Positions 62,962-64,000 of a stretch of DNA of 64,000 nt are shown piece after piece. Location of the stretch: positions 1,280,001 through 1,344,000 of the forward strand of contig CBDIIB010000005.1 in NCBI GenBank assembly GCA_965279525.1, in the 5' to 3' direction. The position numbers and the translations under genes were made by a program. Origin of the DNA: Tagaea sp. (GTDB taxonomy: Bacteria; Pseudomonadota; Alphaproteobacteria; CACIAM-22H2). How positions within the stretch are numbered: position 1 is the first letter of the stretch; every line of letters begins with the position of its first letter. The notes below the pieces were generated by a model that saw only the letters and a list, made by a program, of their open reading frames with translations, made no database searches and had not been told where the DNA came from.

Positions 62962-63450
62962 TCAGACGCGCAGGTGTTTCAGTGCCGCTGCCGCGATGGC
63001 TTCGGGCGTATCGCCGACATCGACCGCGATCGCGTCCGCAGGCTCTTCCAGCGTGGCGAACTGGCTGGCGAGCAGCGAGGGCGGCATGAAATGGTCGCGC
63101 CGGCGGCCGATCCGGTCGGCGATCGTGGCTTGGCTGCCGCGCAGGAAGACGAAGCGCACGCCGGCCGACCCGCCGGCGAGGATGTCGCGGTAGTGCTGGC
63201 GCAATGCCGAGCAGGCCAGCACGGTCGGCTTGTCTTTCGTCTGCCATTCGCGGATCGCGTCGGCCATCGCCGCCAGCCACGGCATGCGGTCGGAATCGTC
63301 GAGCGGCTCGCCGCGGCTCATCTTCGCGACGTTCGCCGGCGGATGGAACATGTCGCCTTCGGCAAAGTCCGCGCCCAACGCCCGGGCGATGAGCGGACCG
63401 ACGGTGCTCTTGCCGCAGCCGGCCACGCCCATGACGACGACGACCATCAC
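62962..63450 (-). CDS. gntK: gluconokinase
   Basis: MGVAGCGKST, GDMFHP..N..KM..G.PL.D.DR.PWL, CSALR, HFMPPSLLASQFATLE. Confidence 0.93.
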   Translation of the reverse strand: MMVVVVMGVAGCGKSTVGPLIARALGADFAEGDMFHPPANVAKMSRGEPLDDSDRMPWLAAMADAIREWQTKDKPTVLACSALRQHYRDILAGGSAGVRFVFLRGSQATIADRIGRRRDHFMPPSLLASQFATLEEPADAIAVDVGDTPEAIAAAALKHLRV

Positions 63451-64000
63451 GATGCTGCCCAGTCCGCATGGTGCCGGCCGGGCCGGTCCATGCGTCCGAA
63501 GCCGTGCGCGCCGAACAGGTCGCGCTGGCCTTCGATCATGTTCGCCCATAGCCGACCTGTGCGGTACGCGTCGGCATAGGCAAGTGCCGACATCAAGGCC
63601 GGTGCCGGCGATCCGTGCGTGACGGCCGCGATTGCCACACGCCGCCACGCGCCATCGCGGTCGGCGACCAGCTTCCATATCTCGGGATCGCGCAGCAGGT
63701 TGCCGAGCGACGGGTCTCGTCCATAAGCGGCGGCAATTCCGGTCAACAGGCGCGAGCGGATGATGCACCCGCCGCGCCAGATACGCGCGATCGCGGCAAG
63801 GTCGAGCGGCCAGTTCTTTTCCTTCGCCGCCGCGGCCAACGTCGCGAAGCCCTGCGCGTGCACCGCGACGTTTGCCGCGAGCAAGGCCGCGCCCAGATCG
63901 GCGATGAATGCGGCGCGATCGCCGGCAAACGGCACCATCGGATGGCCGAGTGCGGACTGCGCCGAAACCCGCTCCGGCCTCAACGCCGACATGCAGCGCG
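63447..64000 (-). CDS. gnd: 6-phosphogluconate dehydrogenase, C-terminal part (truncated by window)
   Basis: IWRGGCIIRS and QRDLFGAHGF motifs; GTGA overlap with gntK. Confidence 0.88.
   Translation of the reverse strand, partial: RCMSALRPERVSAQSALGHPMVPFAGDRAAFIADLGAALLAANVAVHAQGFATLAAAAKEKNWPLDLAAIARIWRGGCIIRSRLLTGIAAAYGRDPSLGNLLRDPEIWKLVADRDGAWRRVAIAAVTHGSPAPALMSALAYADAYRTGRLWANMIEGQRDLFGAHGFGRMDRPGRHHADWAAS

Noticed and set aside
61495-64000. Genomic island at tRNA-Arg
   Set aside because: No integrase, transposase, att duplication or compositional shift within the window
1-64000. CRISPR arrays, IS elements, prophage or defence systems
   Set aside because: No regularly spaced repeats, terminal inverted repeats, or transposase, phage or nuclease motifs were seen

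Overview
High-GC alphaproteobacterial chromosome segment (gene content and order resemble Rhodospirillales), densely packed with housekeeping genes. In order: fur-olsB-olsA-miaB-phoH-ybeY-corC-lnt-XRE-metK-trmB; chorismate mutase-hisC-tyrA divergent from metX-metW; an MCP; rimP-nusA-ylxR-infB; a cckA-like kinase; pyrF-trpF-trpB-trpA-accD-folC; pgk; dapF-mtaB-ftsY divergent from ffh-rpsP-rimM-trmD-rplS-leuC-RDD-leuD-leuB; then tRNA-Arg(CCT) and gntK/gnd at the right edge. I saw no mobile element, prophage or CRISPR array. The most interesting signals are intergenic or below the ORF-track cutoff: (1) a stand-alone 16-aa Lys/Ala micropeptide gene (MAAKKKAKKKAAKKKK) with a strong SD, a candidate promoter, a ~130-nt structured leader and a terminator-like hairpin; (2) a small ORF ending PRGSLVDLLI directly behind a perfect CtrA box; (3) an Asd homolog with a degenerate active site; (4) structured leaders before metK, rimP and ffh; (5) several apparently leaderless genes. 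All product calls come from motif recognition and synteny by eye. No database searches were run.
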